DNA of 64,000 nucleotides from positions 3,361 to 67,360 of the forward strand of contig JAIBAG010000005.1 of assembly GCA_019695305.1 (NCBI GenBank), written 5' to 3'. The stretch comes from a bacterium (lineage in GTDB: Bacteria; UBA10199; JAIBAG01). Positions 28,795 to 38,058 of this stretch are shown here, in pieces; within the stretch, counting starts at the first letter, position 1, and each line of letters opens with the position of its first letter. Made by a program: the position numbers and the translations under genes. The notes beneath the pieces are model-generated. The model had not been told where the DNA came from, did no database searches, and saw nothing but the letters and a program-made list of their open reading frames with translations.

Positions 28795-30153
28795 ATGGCT
28801 CGTCAAACTATTCAGGGTATTTACGATACGGCCTTTAGGCTGTTGCGCCATCATGCTACCGATAATTTAAAAAAGCTTCTTTTTCGCCTGCATCCTGCAG
28901 ATTTAGCCGATGTTATTCAAAAATTTACAGTTCACGACCAAGACGTGATTATTGGTCTTATTCACGATTATTCAAAATTGCCCGAAATGTTTTCCGAATT
29001 AGAAGGTGATTTTTTAAAAGAATATTTGGAACGTAACAATAACTTTGCCTGGCTTTCTGAAATTTTACAAAAGTTACCCTCCGACGATTTAACCGATTTG
29101 GTGGGGAAATTGCCCCAGGAAATGGCAGATGAACTTTTAAGTCATTTTCAAACCGAACAATCACAGGATGTAACCGGCTTGTTGCAATATCAAGAATCTA
29201 CCGCGGGCGGACTTATGTCTACCGAGGTTTTTAAATTGGCCGAAACAATATCGGTTAAAGAAGCCATTTTGAGTTTGCAAAATATTTCACAGGTAGCCAC
29301 ATTTTTTTATATTTATGTGGTTAATAGTGTAGATCAGCTTACCGGCGTTATTTCTATTCGGCAGCTTTTTCAAAATTCTCCCGACAAACAGTTAAAAGAT
29401 ATCATGATTCGTGATGTGATTAGGGTTGGTACTCAAGAATCTCAGGATGTAGTGGCGCGTATAGTGGCACAGTATAATTTGGTAGCCATTCCGGTAGTAG
29501 AAGAAAATAATACTTTGGTTGGTGTGATTACTGTTGATGACGTGATTGATGTTATTCATGAGGAGGCTAAAGAAACAGCCCTTAAAATGGGTATTGTAGA
29601 ATCGGAAGATTTAAACGAGCAGGGCTTGATAAAAAGTTTAACGCATAAAATCCCGTGGTTTGTTATTTTTTTACTGGGGGCCATTGTTAATTCTGAAATT
29701 ATTAATCATTATTACAGTTTTTTACCTGCCATGGGTATTTTTGCAGGATTTATCCCGCTGATGTTGCGTATGGGCGGCATTATTTCACGGCAAAGTGCCA
29801 CCATCATGATTCAGAGTATTTACTCCAATCAATTTAATTTAAGGTCTATTCTTAAAACCTTTTTAAGACAGGCTATCATTAACAGTGTTATTGCTCTTGT
29901 GGCTATTGGCATTATGGCATTTTACAGCTATTTTCGTTTTCATCAGGTGGGGTTATTGCCCTTAGCTATTGGTATTTGTTTATTTGCCGCTATGTTGGTA
30001 TCGCATGTGTTGGGTAATACCTTGCCTTATCTTTTTTCTAAAATTAAACTCGATCCGGGTCTTGCTAGTCATTCGCTTATTAATTTTGTGCTGGATGTTT
30101 TGGTGCTGTTTATTTACTTTAAGGTTCTAATCGTCTTTTTCCAAAAAAGTTAA
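28795..30153 (+). CDS. mgtE: magnesium transporter MgtE
   Basis: N-domain + tandem CBS + 5-TM MgtE domain architecture. The ORF track begins at TTG 28783. The ATG at 28795 (MARQTIQ...) is also possible. Confidence 0.85.
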   Translation: MARQTIQGIYDTAFRLLRHHATDNLKKLLFRLHPADLADVIQKFTVHDQDVIIGLIHDYSKLPEMFSELEGDFLKEYLERNNNFAWLSEILQKLPSDDLTDLVGKLPQEMADELLSHFQTEQSQDVTGLLQYQESTAGGLMSTEVFKLAETISVKEAILSLQNISQVATFFYIYVVNSVDQLTGVISIRQLFQNSPDKQLKDIMIRDVIRVGTQESQDVVARIVAQYNLVAIPVVEENNTLVGVITVDDVIDVIHEEAKETALKMGIVESEDLNEQGLIKSLTHKIPWFVIFLLGAIVNSEIINHYYSFLPAMGIFAGFIPLMLRMGGIISRQSATIMIQSIYSNQFNLRSILKTFLRQAIINSVIALVAIGIMAFYSYFRFHQVGLLPLAIGICLFAAMLVSHVLGNTLPYLFSKIKLDPGLASHSLINFVLDVLVLFIYFKVLIVFFQKS

Positions 30154-30155
30154 AT

Positions 30156-30896
30156 ATGAACTCAAACCAGATTACCGGTATTGTGTTAAAAAAAATCCCT
30201 TATGGAGATAGTGATTGGATTGTCACTATTCTTACCGAAGAGGGGATGAAGCTATCGGCTATGGCTAAGGGTGCTAAAGGTTCAGCCAAGCGTTTTCAGG
30301 GTGGACTCGATCTGTTTAGCGTTTTTCGTTTCATGATAAAGCCTAAGGGAGCTGATTTTAACTGGCTTGAGTCGAGCGATATGACTTGGGGTTTTGCGGG
30401 AGCAAGGCGAGATGTGCTTAAGTTTGCCTGTGCTTCTTATTTTTCTGAAATTATTTTGGAGTTTATGCAAGAAAAAGAAGAAATGCCTCACGTTTATTCT
30501 ACGTTTTTGTCTTTTCTAAAAGATCTTAATACCGAATTGCCGCTCTTGCCTCAAACCATTCCCGTATTTGAACATCATATGCTGTCTTTGTTTGGCTATA
30601 AGCCAAGTTTAGAGCAATGTGTGGAATGTTCCTGTAAAATTACACCGGAACAACAGTATCATTTTAGTACCAATAGAGGTGGGGTCATTTGCTCGGTTTG
30701 TTTTCGTGGTAAAAGCGATTATCCTCTTACATATCAGGTAATCACAAAAATGATGGATGGTTTTTCTGGTGAAGCTTTTCCGGTTTGGAAAAGTGAAGAG
30801 GTGGCTCAGGCTCGTCATGTGTTAGAATATTTTTTGCAATATACAGCCGGAAAGCCTTTTAAGTCTCTCTCTTTTTTAAGCTCAATTCTTCAGTGA
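30156..30896 (+). CDS. recO: DNA repair protein RecO
   Basis: 246 aa with an N-terminal OB-fold region and a C4 zinc motif CVECSC...CSVC. Confidence 0.85.
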   Translation: MNSNQITGIVLKKIPYGDSDWIVTILTEEGMKLSAMAKGAKGSAKRFQGGLDLFSVFRFMIKPKGADFNWLESSDMTWGFAGARRDVLKFACASYFSEIILEFMQEKEEMPHVYSTFLSFLKDLNTELPLLPQTIPVFEHHMLSLFGYKPSLEQCVECSCKITPEQQYHFSTNRGGVICSVCFRGKSDYPLTYQVITKMMDGFSGEAFPVWKSEEVAQARHVLEYFLQYTAGKPFKSLSFLSSILQ

Positions 30897-31052
30897 CAAA
30901 TTAACGCACTGCATCAATAAAAATAACGCAAGTCTTTCAGATTGTTGACAAAATTTAGAAATATTTAATTGACACACAGAGGGAATCAATTTACATCCCT
31001 AAAGTCATTAAAGCAGTTCTATCTATATATAAGGGGTCTGAAGGAGCGAAAA

Positions 31053-31979
31053 ATGCCACAATTTGTTAGAGGAAAGGTAGCTAGCGCCTTTATCCTTATT
31101 TTATCCGTTTATCTTTTTGCTAATTGTACTCCCAAACAAATCGCGTCTGATATCACGTCGCAAATTATGAGAAGTGGGGCTCCTGCTTTTGAAATGGAGT
31201 CGGATGTTGATATTGCCGAAACATCTGGGCTTACCATGATTAAAATGATGGAAGCTTTCCAGCATGATAATCCCAACAATAAAAATTATCTCATACTTCT
31301 CTCTCGTTCTTATGCCAACTATGGTTTTGGTTTTTTAGAATGGAACATGCTCAAGTATAAAAGCGTGGATGAAGGCAAAAGAGCTTTAAATGAAAGCCGT
31401 GCTAAACAATTTTATGCCAAAGGTAAGGCTTATGGCTTGCAATTGTTAACCCGCAATAGTGCTTTTGAAGGAACACTTAAAAAGGATATGGATTCTTTTA
31501 AGAAAGCGTTAAAAGGCATGGGAAGAGGGTCGCTAGAACCTTTGTTTTGGACCGCATTAAATTGGGGTAGTTACATTAACCTTAATAAAGATTCGCCGCT
31601 GGCCATTGCCGAATTTCCCCGTGCCGAAGCCATGATGCAGCGTGTTTATGAAATTGACGAAAATTTTTATTATGGTGGTCCCTTGCTCTTTTTTGGGGTC
31701 TCTTTTGGATCGCGTCCTACCATGTTTGGTGGTAATCCCCAAAAATCGAAAGAATTTTTTGAAAAAGCCTTAGCGGCTTATAAACGTAAATTTTTGATGA
31801 CGCAGGTGTTGTATGCACAAACATACTGTGTCCAAAACCAGGATAAAGCCATGTTTGAAACTCTACTCAACGAGGTTTTATCTACCGATGCTGCCGTGCT
31901 TCCCGAAGCAAGGCTTGCCAACGAAATAGCCAAGCAAAAAGCGGCTTGGCTTTTGTCCCACGAAAATCAATATTTTTAA
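31053..31979 (+). CDS. TPR-like lipoprotein, TRAP-transporter-associated TatT-like
   Basis: Starts at MPQFVRGKVASAFILILSVYLFANC (lipoprotein-type signal) with an AAGGAG RBS 7 nt upstream. Helical TPR-like body. Lies immediately upstream of dctPQM, as TatT does for TPAT systems. Confidence 0.6.
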   Translation: MPQFVRGKVASAFILILSVYLFANCTPKQIASDITSQIMRSGAPAFEMESDVDIAETSGLTMIKMMEAFQHDNPNNKNYLILLSRSYANYGFGFLEWNMLKYKSVDEGKRALNESRAKQFYAKGKAYGLQLLTRNSAFEGTLKKDMDSFKKALKGMGRGSLEPLFWTALNWGSYINLNKDSPLAIAEFPRAEAMMQRVYEIDENFYYGGPLLFFGVSFGSRPTMFGGNPQKSKEFFEKALAAYKRKFLMTQVLYAQTYCVQNQDKAMFETLLNEVLSTDAAVLPEARLANEIAKQKAAWLLSHENQYF

Positions 31980-32000
31980 CCCCATCTATAAGGAGATTGT

Positions 32001-33011
32001 ATGAAATCGTTTTCATTAAAATTATTAACTTTGGCACTTGTAAGCGCCGGGTTTATAGCCTCTTCCAGTGTTCAAGCGGCTCCCTGTGCTGCGCCTTCAA
32101 CCGTTCTTAAATTAGCAACTGTAGCTCCCGAAGGAACCACTCTTTATAAAGGGCTCATGAATGTTAAAACAGCCATCAATACTCAAACTGAAGGTTGTGT
32201 GGATATTCAAATTTTTGCCGGTAGCGTTCAGGGTGATGAAAAAGACGTGATCCGTAAAATCCGTATTGGTCAGCTTGATATTGCGGCCTTAACCGGTGTG
32301 GGTTTAGGAGATATTGTTCCCGAAGTACGTGTTTTAGAATTGCCCTTCCTCTTTAAAACAGAAGCACAGGTAAATTCGGTATACGCGGCTATGCGCCCAT
32401 ATTTTGATAAAGCCTACGAAGCTAAAGGCTTCAAACTGATGGGCTGGGCTGGTATTGGTTTTATCCAAATTTTCTCTAACAAATCTATTACCAAAAAAGC
32501 CGACATGAACGGCGTTAAAATGTGGATGTGGGAAGGTGATCCTTTGGCTCAGGCTATGTATGAATCGTTAAAAGTGGTTCCTGTGCCCTTGGCTTTACCC
32601 GATGTGCTATCGTCTCTTACCACTGGCCTTATTGATGGCGCTTATGGTCCTGGTTTAGGTGCTATTGCTCTTCAATGGCATACCAAGGTAAAATATATGA
32701 CCAAAGTCGATTTAAGCTACGGCAGTGGTGGTTTGGTTATTTCAAATGCAGCTTGGGCTAAGTTAAATCCGTCTCAACAGACTATTGTTAAAAATGTAAT
32801 TGATCAAGAAGCTGCTAAGCTTACAACACAAACCAACATTGATAGCGCTCAATCGGAACAAATTTTACAGGCTAGCGGTATTCAAATTGTACAATTGGAT
32901 CCAGCTTCTAAAACCGAATTGGAAGGTATCAGCAAAGAAGTTCAAGCCAAACTGGTTGGCAAACTGTATTCGCAGGAACTCCTAAACCAGGTTTTAGCTT
33001 TAATTAAATAA
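32001..33011 (+). CDS. dctP: TRAP transporter substrate-binding protein DctP family
   Basis: 336 aa with a signal peptide and the DctP/SiaP fold. Confidence 0.88.
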   Translation: MKSFSLKLLTLALVSAGFIASSSVQAAPCAAPSTVLKLATVAPEGTTLYKGLMNVKTAINTQTEGCVDIQIFAGSVQGDEKDVIRKIRIGQLDIAALTGVGLGDIVPEVRVLELPFLFKTEAQVNSVYAAMRPYFDKAYEAKGFKLMGWAGIGFIQIFSNKSITKKADMNGVKMWMWEGDPLAQAMYESLKVVPVPLALPDVLSSLTTGLIDGAYGPGLGAIALQWHTKVKYMTKVDLSYGSGGLVISNAAWAKLNPSQQTIVKNVIDQEAAKLTTQTNIDSAQSEQILQASGIQIVQLDPASKTELEGISKEVQAKLVGKLYSQELLNQVLALIK

Positions 33012-33026
33012 TTTAAATTAGCGAAT

Positions 33027-33062
33027 AGAGGGGCGGTTTATCCGCCCCTCACTCGTTTTATT
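33027..33062 (+). terminator. rho-independent terminator/attenuator between dctP and dctQM
   Basis: GAGGGGCGG-tttatc-CGCCCCTC stem-loop followed by ACTCGTTTTATTG. Confidence 0.7.
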
Positions 33063-33064
33063 GT

Positions 33065-33613
33065 ATGAAAGCTCTTTTCTTTATTGATAAGCTTCTTTTA
33101 AAAATTGAAGCCTCGCTTCTTAATATCATTCTTATCACCATGCTCGCTTTTGCCAGTACCCAAGTAATTTTACGAAATTTTTTTGATACCGGCATTGAAT
33201 GGGGCGATGTTTTTGCCCGTCATTTGGTTTTAGTGCTTTGCTTTTTTGGAGCCACTATTTCTACAAAGGAAGATAAACACATCCGTATTGATGCATTGTT
33301 AAAAGTGATTAGTAAACGTTGGTTGCCTTTGGTGGAGTTTTTTGTGTCGGTTTTTTGTATTATTGTGAGCTTTTTACTGACTCTGGCGGCTCGCAAATTT
33401 ATGATGGATGAAAGAATGGCCGATACCGTTTTGTTTGGTAAAGTGAAAACCTGGTATTTTTTAACCGTGATGCCAATTGGCTTTTCTATTATCACTTTTC
33501 GTTTTTTTATTAAAACCGTTGAAAGTTTATTCGCCTTAACCGGAAAAAAGGCTGATTTGAAAAAACTCGAGAATTCCGAACTCGATATATCCGTGAATAT
33601 CAATATAAAATGA
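33065..33613 (+). CDS. dctQ: TRAP transporter small permease DctQ
   Basis: 182 aa with 4 TMs. Position between dctP and dctM. Confidence 0.85.
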   Translation: MKALFFIDKLLLKIEASLLNIILITMLAFASTQVILRNFFDTGIEWGDVFARHLVLVLCFFGATISTKEDKHIRIDALLKVISKRWLPLVEFFVSVFCIIVSFLLTLAARKFMMDERMADTVLFGKVKTWYFLTVMPIGFSIITFRFFIKTVESLFALTGKKADLKKLENSELDISVNINIK

Positions 33614-34881
33614 GCTCAACAATAATATTTAGCGTTGTGGCCCTTTTAGGGGCTCCCTTATTCATCATTTTTGGTGCGGTGGCGCTCTTGTCATTTTCGC
33701 AGGCAGGGATAGATACCTCGGCGATCATGATTGAGTTTTACCGTATGGCAGCAGCGCCCACACTCATTACTATCCCACTTTTTACTTTTGCTGGTTACAT
33801 GATGGCCGAAAGTTCTACTCCTAAACGCTTGGTAAACCTCACTCAGGCTATTATAGGTTGGATGCCAGGCGGTTTGGCTGTTGTTACCTTGCTTGCTTGT
33901 GCATTTTTTACAGCATTTACCGGTGCCAGTGGCGTTACTATAATTGCTTTGGGTGGTTTGCTCTATCCTATTTTGCTCAAAGAAAAATATGATGATAAGT
34001 TTAGCATGGGTTTAGTGACCAGTTGCGGTAGCTTGGGTTTACTTTTTCCTCCCAGCTTGCCCATTATTTTATACGGTTTAGTAGCCACTGTTAGTATCGA
34101 CAAATTATTTTTGGCCGGTATTTTACCGGGACTGTTATTGATTATGGTGTTAGGTGCTTACAGCATTTACATGGGGCACAAGTCGGGTGTTCGCCGTGTT
34201 CCCTTTGAATTTAGTAATTTGGGTAAGTCTATTAAAGAAGCAATCTGGGAAATACCTTTGCCCATTATTATTTTGGTGGGCATTTACGGTGGCATTATTA
34301 CCGCCTCCGAAGCGGCTTCGGTAACAGCCTTATATGTATTTATTGTTCATGTTTTTATCTATCGTGATCTTAAAATTTTTACCGACATCCCGCGTATTAT
34401 TCGTGAATCGATGGTGCTGGTGGGTGGTATTCTCATCATTTTGGGTGTGGCCTTGGGGATGACGGGTTATATTGTAGATGCTCAAGTTCCGTTTAAAATT
34501 TTCAATTGGGTAAGCCAATACATTAGTTCTCAATTCATGTTTTTGGTGTGCCTCAATCTATTTTTGTTGGTGGTGGGTTGTTTAATGGATATTTTCTCGG
34601 CTACCATTGTGGTGGTGCCCATTATCACACCCATTGCTTACAAGTATGGTGTAGATCCCATTCATTTGGGGATTATTTTCTTAACTAATTTAGAAATTGG
34701 TTATTTAACTCCGCCGGTGGGGCTTAATCTGTTTATCTCGTCTTTCCGCTTTAAAAAGCCCATTTTTGAATTGTATCGTATTGCGATACCTTTTCTTATT
34801 TTACTTATTTTTTGTTTGATGATTATTACCTACGTGCCTTGGCTTTCTACATATTTGGTGAGTGTTGTGGGAGTGAAGTAG
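33610..34881 (+). CDS. dctM: TRAP transporter large permease DctM
   Basis: 423 aa polytopic membrane protein. Overlaps the dctQ stop by 4 nt. Confidence 0.9.
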   Translation: MSSTIIFSVVALLGAPLFIIFGAVALLSFSQAGIDTSAIMIEFYRMAAAPTLITIPLFTFAGYMMAESSTPKRLVNLTQAIIGWMPGGLAVVTLLACAFFTAFTGASGVTIIALGGLLYPILLKEKYDDKFSMGLVTSCGSLGLLFPPSLPIILYGLVATVSIDKLFLAGILPGLLLIMVLGAYSIYMGHKSGVRRVPFEFSNLGKSIKEAIWEIPLPIIILVGIYGGIITASEAASVTALYVFIVHVFIYRDLKIFTDIPRIIRESMVLVGGILIILGVALGMTGYIVDAQVPFKIFNWVSQYISSQFMFLVCLNLFLLVVGCLMDIFSATIVVVPIITPIAYKYGVDPIHLGIIFLTNLEIGYLTPPVGLNLFISSFRFKKPIFELYRIAIPFLILLIFCLMIITYVPWLSTYLVSVVGVK

Positions 34882-35008
34882 ACGTATTGGGTGAAATACT
34901 TTTAAGATAATGGAAGAGGGGAATAGAAACCCCTACCATGGCTACAATAAGCCCTATTACTATAATTAATTCTTTAATGGTCATGCCGTTTTGGTTGATT
35001 TTTTTCAT
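34847..35008 (-). CDS. tiny ORF (52 aa) with type IV prepilin-like N-terminus (MKKINQNG|MTIKELIIVIGLIVAMVGV)
   Basis: Hand translation of the minus strand. Leader ends in Gly, Glu at +5, then a hydrophobic helix, as in class III signal peptides. Too short for a normal pilin. Overlaps the dctM 3' end by 35 nt. Confidence 0.2.
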   Translation of the reverse strand: MKKINQNGMTIKELIIVIGLIVAMVGVSIPLFHYLKSISPNTSTSLPQHSPNM

Positions 35009-35141
35009 GTGACCAGAATATAGCGAACCGTTTTAAAACATCAAATAAATTCGCCGTACTTCCCGTTGACACACCTCTTTGTGTTTGTTACATCTCACTC
35101 TCAAATTTTTAATTTTATTATTTTAGACTAATGGAGGTTTT

Positions 35142-36317
35142 ATGCGTGATGTTGTGATTGTAGGCGCCGCCCGTACACCGGTTGGCAGTTTTATGGGTTC
35201 TCTTTCGTCTCTTACTGCTCCTCAACTAGGTGCTATTGCTATTAAAGAGGCTGTTAAACGGGCCGGAATTAAACCCGAACTTGTGGAAGAAGCCATCATG
35301 GGTAACGTACTGACGGGTGCTGTTGGTCAATCGCCGGCTCGTCAGGCTATTTTAGGTGCCGGCCTTCCTAAAGAAGTATCGGCATTAACCATTGGTAAAG
35401 TGTGTGGCTCGGGTTTAAAAAGCGTGATGCTCGCTGTTCAGGCTATTAAATCGGGCGAAGCCGATTGTGTGGTGGCTGGTGGCATGGAAAGTATGTCGAA
35501 GGCCCCTTATGCTTTAACCGAAGCCAGAGCCGGCCTGCGCATGGGCCATGGCAAGATGATTGATACCATGATCCACGATGGTTTGTGGGATCCGTATAAT
35601 AATGTGCACATGGGCAACTGCGCCGAAAAATGCGCTAAAGAATATAATGTGACACGCGAAATGCAGGATGCTCATGCGGCCGAATCGTACCGTCGGGCTC
35701 AAAAGGCAGTAAAAGAGGGTGTGTTTAAAGACGAAATTGCTGCTGTTACCATCTCTTCCAAAAAAGGTGATGTGGTGATTGATAGCGATGAAGAACCGGG
35801 TAAGGGTAGTATCGATAAATTAGCTACGCTGCGTCCTGCTTTTGATAAAGAAGGCACAGTTACTGCCGGTAATGCCTCTAGCATCAACGACGGTGCTGCG
35901 GCTCTCGTTCTCATGAGTGCCGATAAAGCTAATGAATTGGGTTTAAAACCCCTCGCTAAAATTGTAGCGAGCGCGCAAGCCAGCATAGAACCCGTATGGT
36001 TTACCATGGCTCCCTCTGTGGCCATGGAAAAAGCTTTGGAAAAGGCCAAACTCAAAGCCTCCGATATTGACTTATGGGAAGTGAACGAAGCCTTTTCGGT
36101 TGTGGCTGTAGCGAACAACAAAAAAATCGGTATTCCAGATGACAAAGTAAACGTGAACGGTGGCGCGGTGGCTATTGGTCATCCCATTGGTGCAAGTGGT
36201 GCCCGTATTTTGGTAACGCTTTTATACGCTTTAAAAGCCCGCAATGCAAAACGCGGATTGGCATCTTTGTGTATTGGTGGTGGCGAAGGTGTAGCGCTTA
36301 TTGTTGAACGCGTATAA
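35142..36317 (+). CDS. acetyl-CoA C-acetyltransferase (thiolase II)
   Basis: 391 aa with thiolase signatures (...VCGSGLKSV..., NVNGGAVAIGHPIGASGARIL, CIGGGEG). GGAGG RBS. Confidence 0.92.
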   Translation: MRDVVIVGAARTPVGSFMGSLSSLTAPQLGAIAIKEAVKRAGIKPELVEEAIMGNVLTGAVGQSPARQAILGAGLPKEVSALTIGKVCGSGLKSVMLAVQAIKSGEADCVVAGGMESMSKAPYALTEARAGLRMGHGKMIDTMIHDGLWDPYNNVHMGNCAEKCAKEYNVTREMQDAHAAESYRRAQKAVKEGVFKDEIAAVTISSKKGDVVIDSDEEPGKGSIDKLATLRPAFDKEGTVTAGNASSINDGAAALVLMSADKANELGLKPLAKIVASAQASIEPVWFTMAPSVAMEKALEKAKLKASDIDLWEVNEAFSVVAVANNKKIGIPDDKVNVNGGAVAIGHPIGASGARILVTLLYALKARNAKRGLASLCIGGGEGVALIVERV

Positions 36318-36332
36318 AAGAAAGGCATTTTC

Positions 36333-37160
36333 ATGCCTCAAAAACTCATCGGCATTTTGGGTGTTCATCCGGCGCTTACGCTTTTGGCCAAAGCTTGCGC
36401 TTTGCATGGATATTCCGTGCTGTGGGTAGATGCCGATAAAAACGCACTCGAAAAAAGTATCACAGCTCTTAAAAATTCATTTGATGACGGTAATAACTTA
36501 AGCATACAGGGCTTATCGGCTAAAGATGAATGTTTGGCGCGTATTCAGTTGTCGCTGGATATGAAAGCCCTGAGTGAAGCCAGTTTTATTTTGGCATCAT
36601 CTGATGCGCCTGTTAACGAACTAGTCACTACAACACCGCTTGCCTTTATCGATAGCGATATTGGCACTACAAGTCTTGCTCATAGTCTTAGTTCTCCCGA
36701 ACGTGCTTTAGGTTTTTTTCCGGTTATTTACGAGAATCAAATTAAACTTGTAGAAATGATTCGTGCCGTTAAAACCAGCGATAACACGCTTCAGCTTTTT
36801 GGTAATTTTTTAAAAGAGCTAAAACTGGATACCATTTATGTACACGATTTTACCGGTTCTGTATTTGAACGTGTGGTGTATGCCGGTATTAACGAGGCTA
36901 TTCAGGTTTTATACGAGGGAATTACCAGTGCCGAAAGCATTGACAGGGTGGTGAGTGTTGGGTTATCCCATCCTATCGGCCCCTTAAAACTGGCCGATTT
37001 ATTAGGCTTGGACAGGGTTAAAAAGCGTTTGGAAAATTTGTTCACCGCTACCGCCAATCCCAAGTTTTTGCCGTCGCCTTTACTCACCAAATTAACCGAA
37101 GCCGGTTTTACGGGAGTAAAAGCCGGACGAGGTTTTTATCAGTATAAATCATCCCTCTGA
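36333..37160 (+). CDS. 3-hydroxyacyl-CoA dehydrogenase family protein (degenerate N-terminal dinucleotide motif)
   Basis: 275 aa with the 3HCDH C-terminal domain (...GFTGVKAGRGFYQY). N-terminal GILGVHPA replaces the usual GxGxxG. Confidence 0.7.
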   Translation: MPQKLIGILGVHPALTLLAKACALHGYSVLWVDADKNALEKSITALKNSFDDGNNLSIQGLSAKDECLARIQLSLDMKALSEASFILASSDAPVNELVTTTPLAFIDSDIGTTSLAHSLSSPERALGFFPVIYENQIKLVEMIRAVKTSDNTLQLFGNFLKELKLDTIYVHDFTGSVFERVVYAGINEAIQVLYEGITSAESIDRVVSVGLSHPIGPLKLADLLGLDRVKKRLENLFTATANPKFLPSPLLTKLTEAGFTGVKAGRGFYQYKSSL

Positions 37161-37170
37161 AAGGACATTT

Positions 37171-37953
37171 ATGAGTTTTGAAACTTTATTAGTAGAAATA
37201 AACGAAGGCATTGCCACGGTTCAGGTAAATCGTCCCAAGGCGCTTAATGCTATCAACCGCCAAGTACTTATTGATTTAGGCAACGCTTTTAAACAGCTGG
37301 AAGGTGATTCAAATGTAAAAGGTATCATCTTAACCGGTAACGGCGATAAAGCTTTTGTGGCTGGTGCCGATATTGTGAGTATGCAGAATATGACGGTTCT
37401 TGAAGCAACAGAATTTGGCAAGTTAGGTCATGACACCATGAAGACTATCGAAAACTGCGGTAAGCCCGTGGTTGCTGCTGTTAACGGTTTTGCTTTAGGT
37501 GGTGGTTTGGAACTGGCTCTCTCGTGCGATTTTATCTATGCCTCAAGCACCGCTAAATTGGGTTTACCTGAAGTTAACTTGGGAATTTTCCCTGGCTTTG
37601 GTGGTACTCAGCGTTTGTCGCGCTTGATCGGTAAAAACCGTGCTAAGGAACTCGTTTACACCGCTAAAATCATCTCGGCAGAAGAGGGGCTTAATATTGG
37701 TATTGTAAACAAAGTATCCGCTCCTGAAACTTTATTGGCCGATGTTAAAGCCACCTTATCTACAATTTTAACTAAAGGTTTAGTGGCTATCCGCTTAGCT
37801 AAGAAAGTGATGAATGAAGGAACGGATTTAGATTTAGCCAGTGGTTTGGCGATGGAAGAAAATACTTTCCCGTTAACATTCTCCACCGACGATAAAAAAG
37901 AAGGTGTAGCGGCGTTTATTGAAAAGAGAAAAGCTAATTTTACGGGAAAGTAA
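37171..37953 (+). CDS. enoyl-CoA hydratase (crotonase)
   Basis: 260 aa with crotonase fold motifs (AAVNGFALGGGLELALSCD, ...GIFPGFGGTQRL). Confidence 0.9.
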   Translation: MSFETLLVEINEGIATVQVNRPKALNAINRQVLIDLGNAFKQLEGDSNVKGIILTGNGDKAFVAGADIVSMQNMTVLEATEFGKLGHDTMKTIENCGKPVVAAVNGFALGGGLELALSCDFIYASSTAKLGLPEVNLGIFPGFGGTQRLSRLIGKNRAKELVYTAKIISAEEGLNIGIVNKVSAPETLLADVKATLSTILTKGLVAIRLAKKVMNEGTDLDLASGLAMEENTFPLTFSTDDKKEGVAAFIEKRKANFTGK

Positions 37954-38041
37954 GAATAACCCACCCTGTCCCTCCTTTAATCTAAGGGAGGGGACCTTCT
38001 TACTCTCCCCCTTAAGTTAAGGGGGAGTGGGAGGGGGTTAC
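37954..38041. repeat. nested-palindrome MITE/REP-like element, copy 3
   Basis: GAATAACCCACCCTGTCCCTCCTTTAATCTAAGGGAGGGGAC...CTCCCCCTTAAGTTAAGGGGGAG...GGGGGTTAC. Begins directly after the crotonase TAA. Confidence 0.85.
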
Positions 38042-38058
38042 AACGCATAAGGAAAAAT

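Noticed and set aside
30897-31052. Sigma-70-like promoter with two TTGACA hexamers upstream of the tatT-like gene
   Set aside because: The -10 matches are poor at proper spacing. I cannot assign it confidently from sequence alone.
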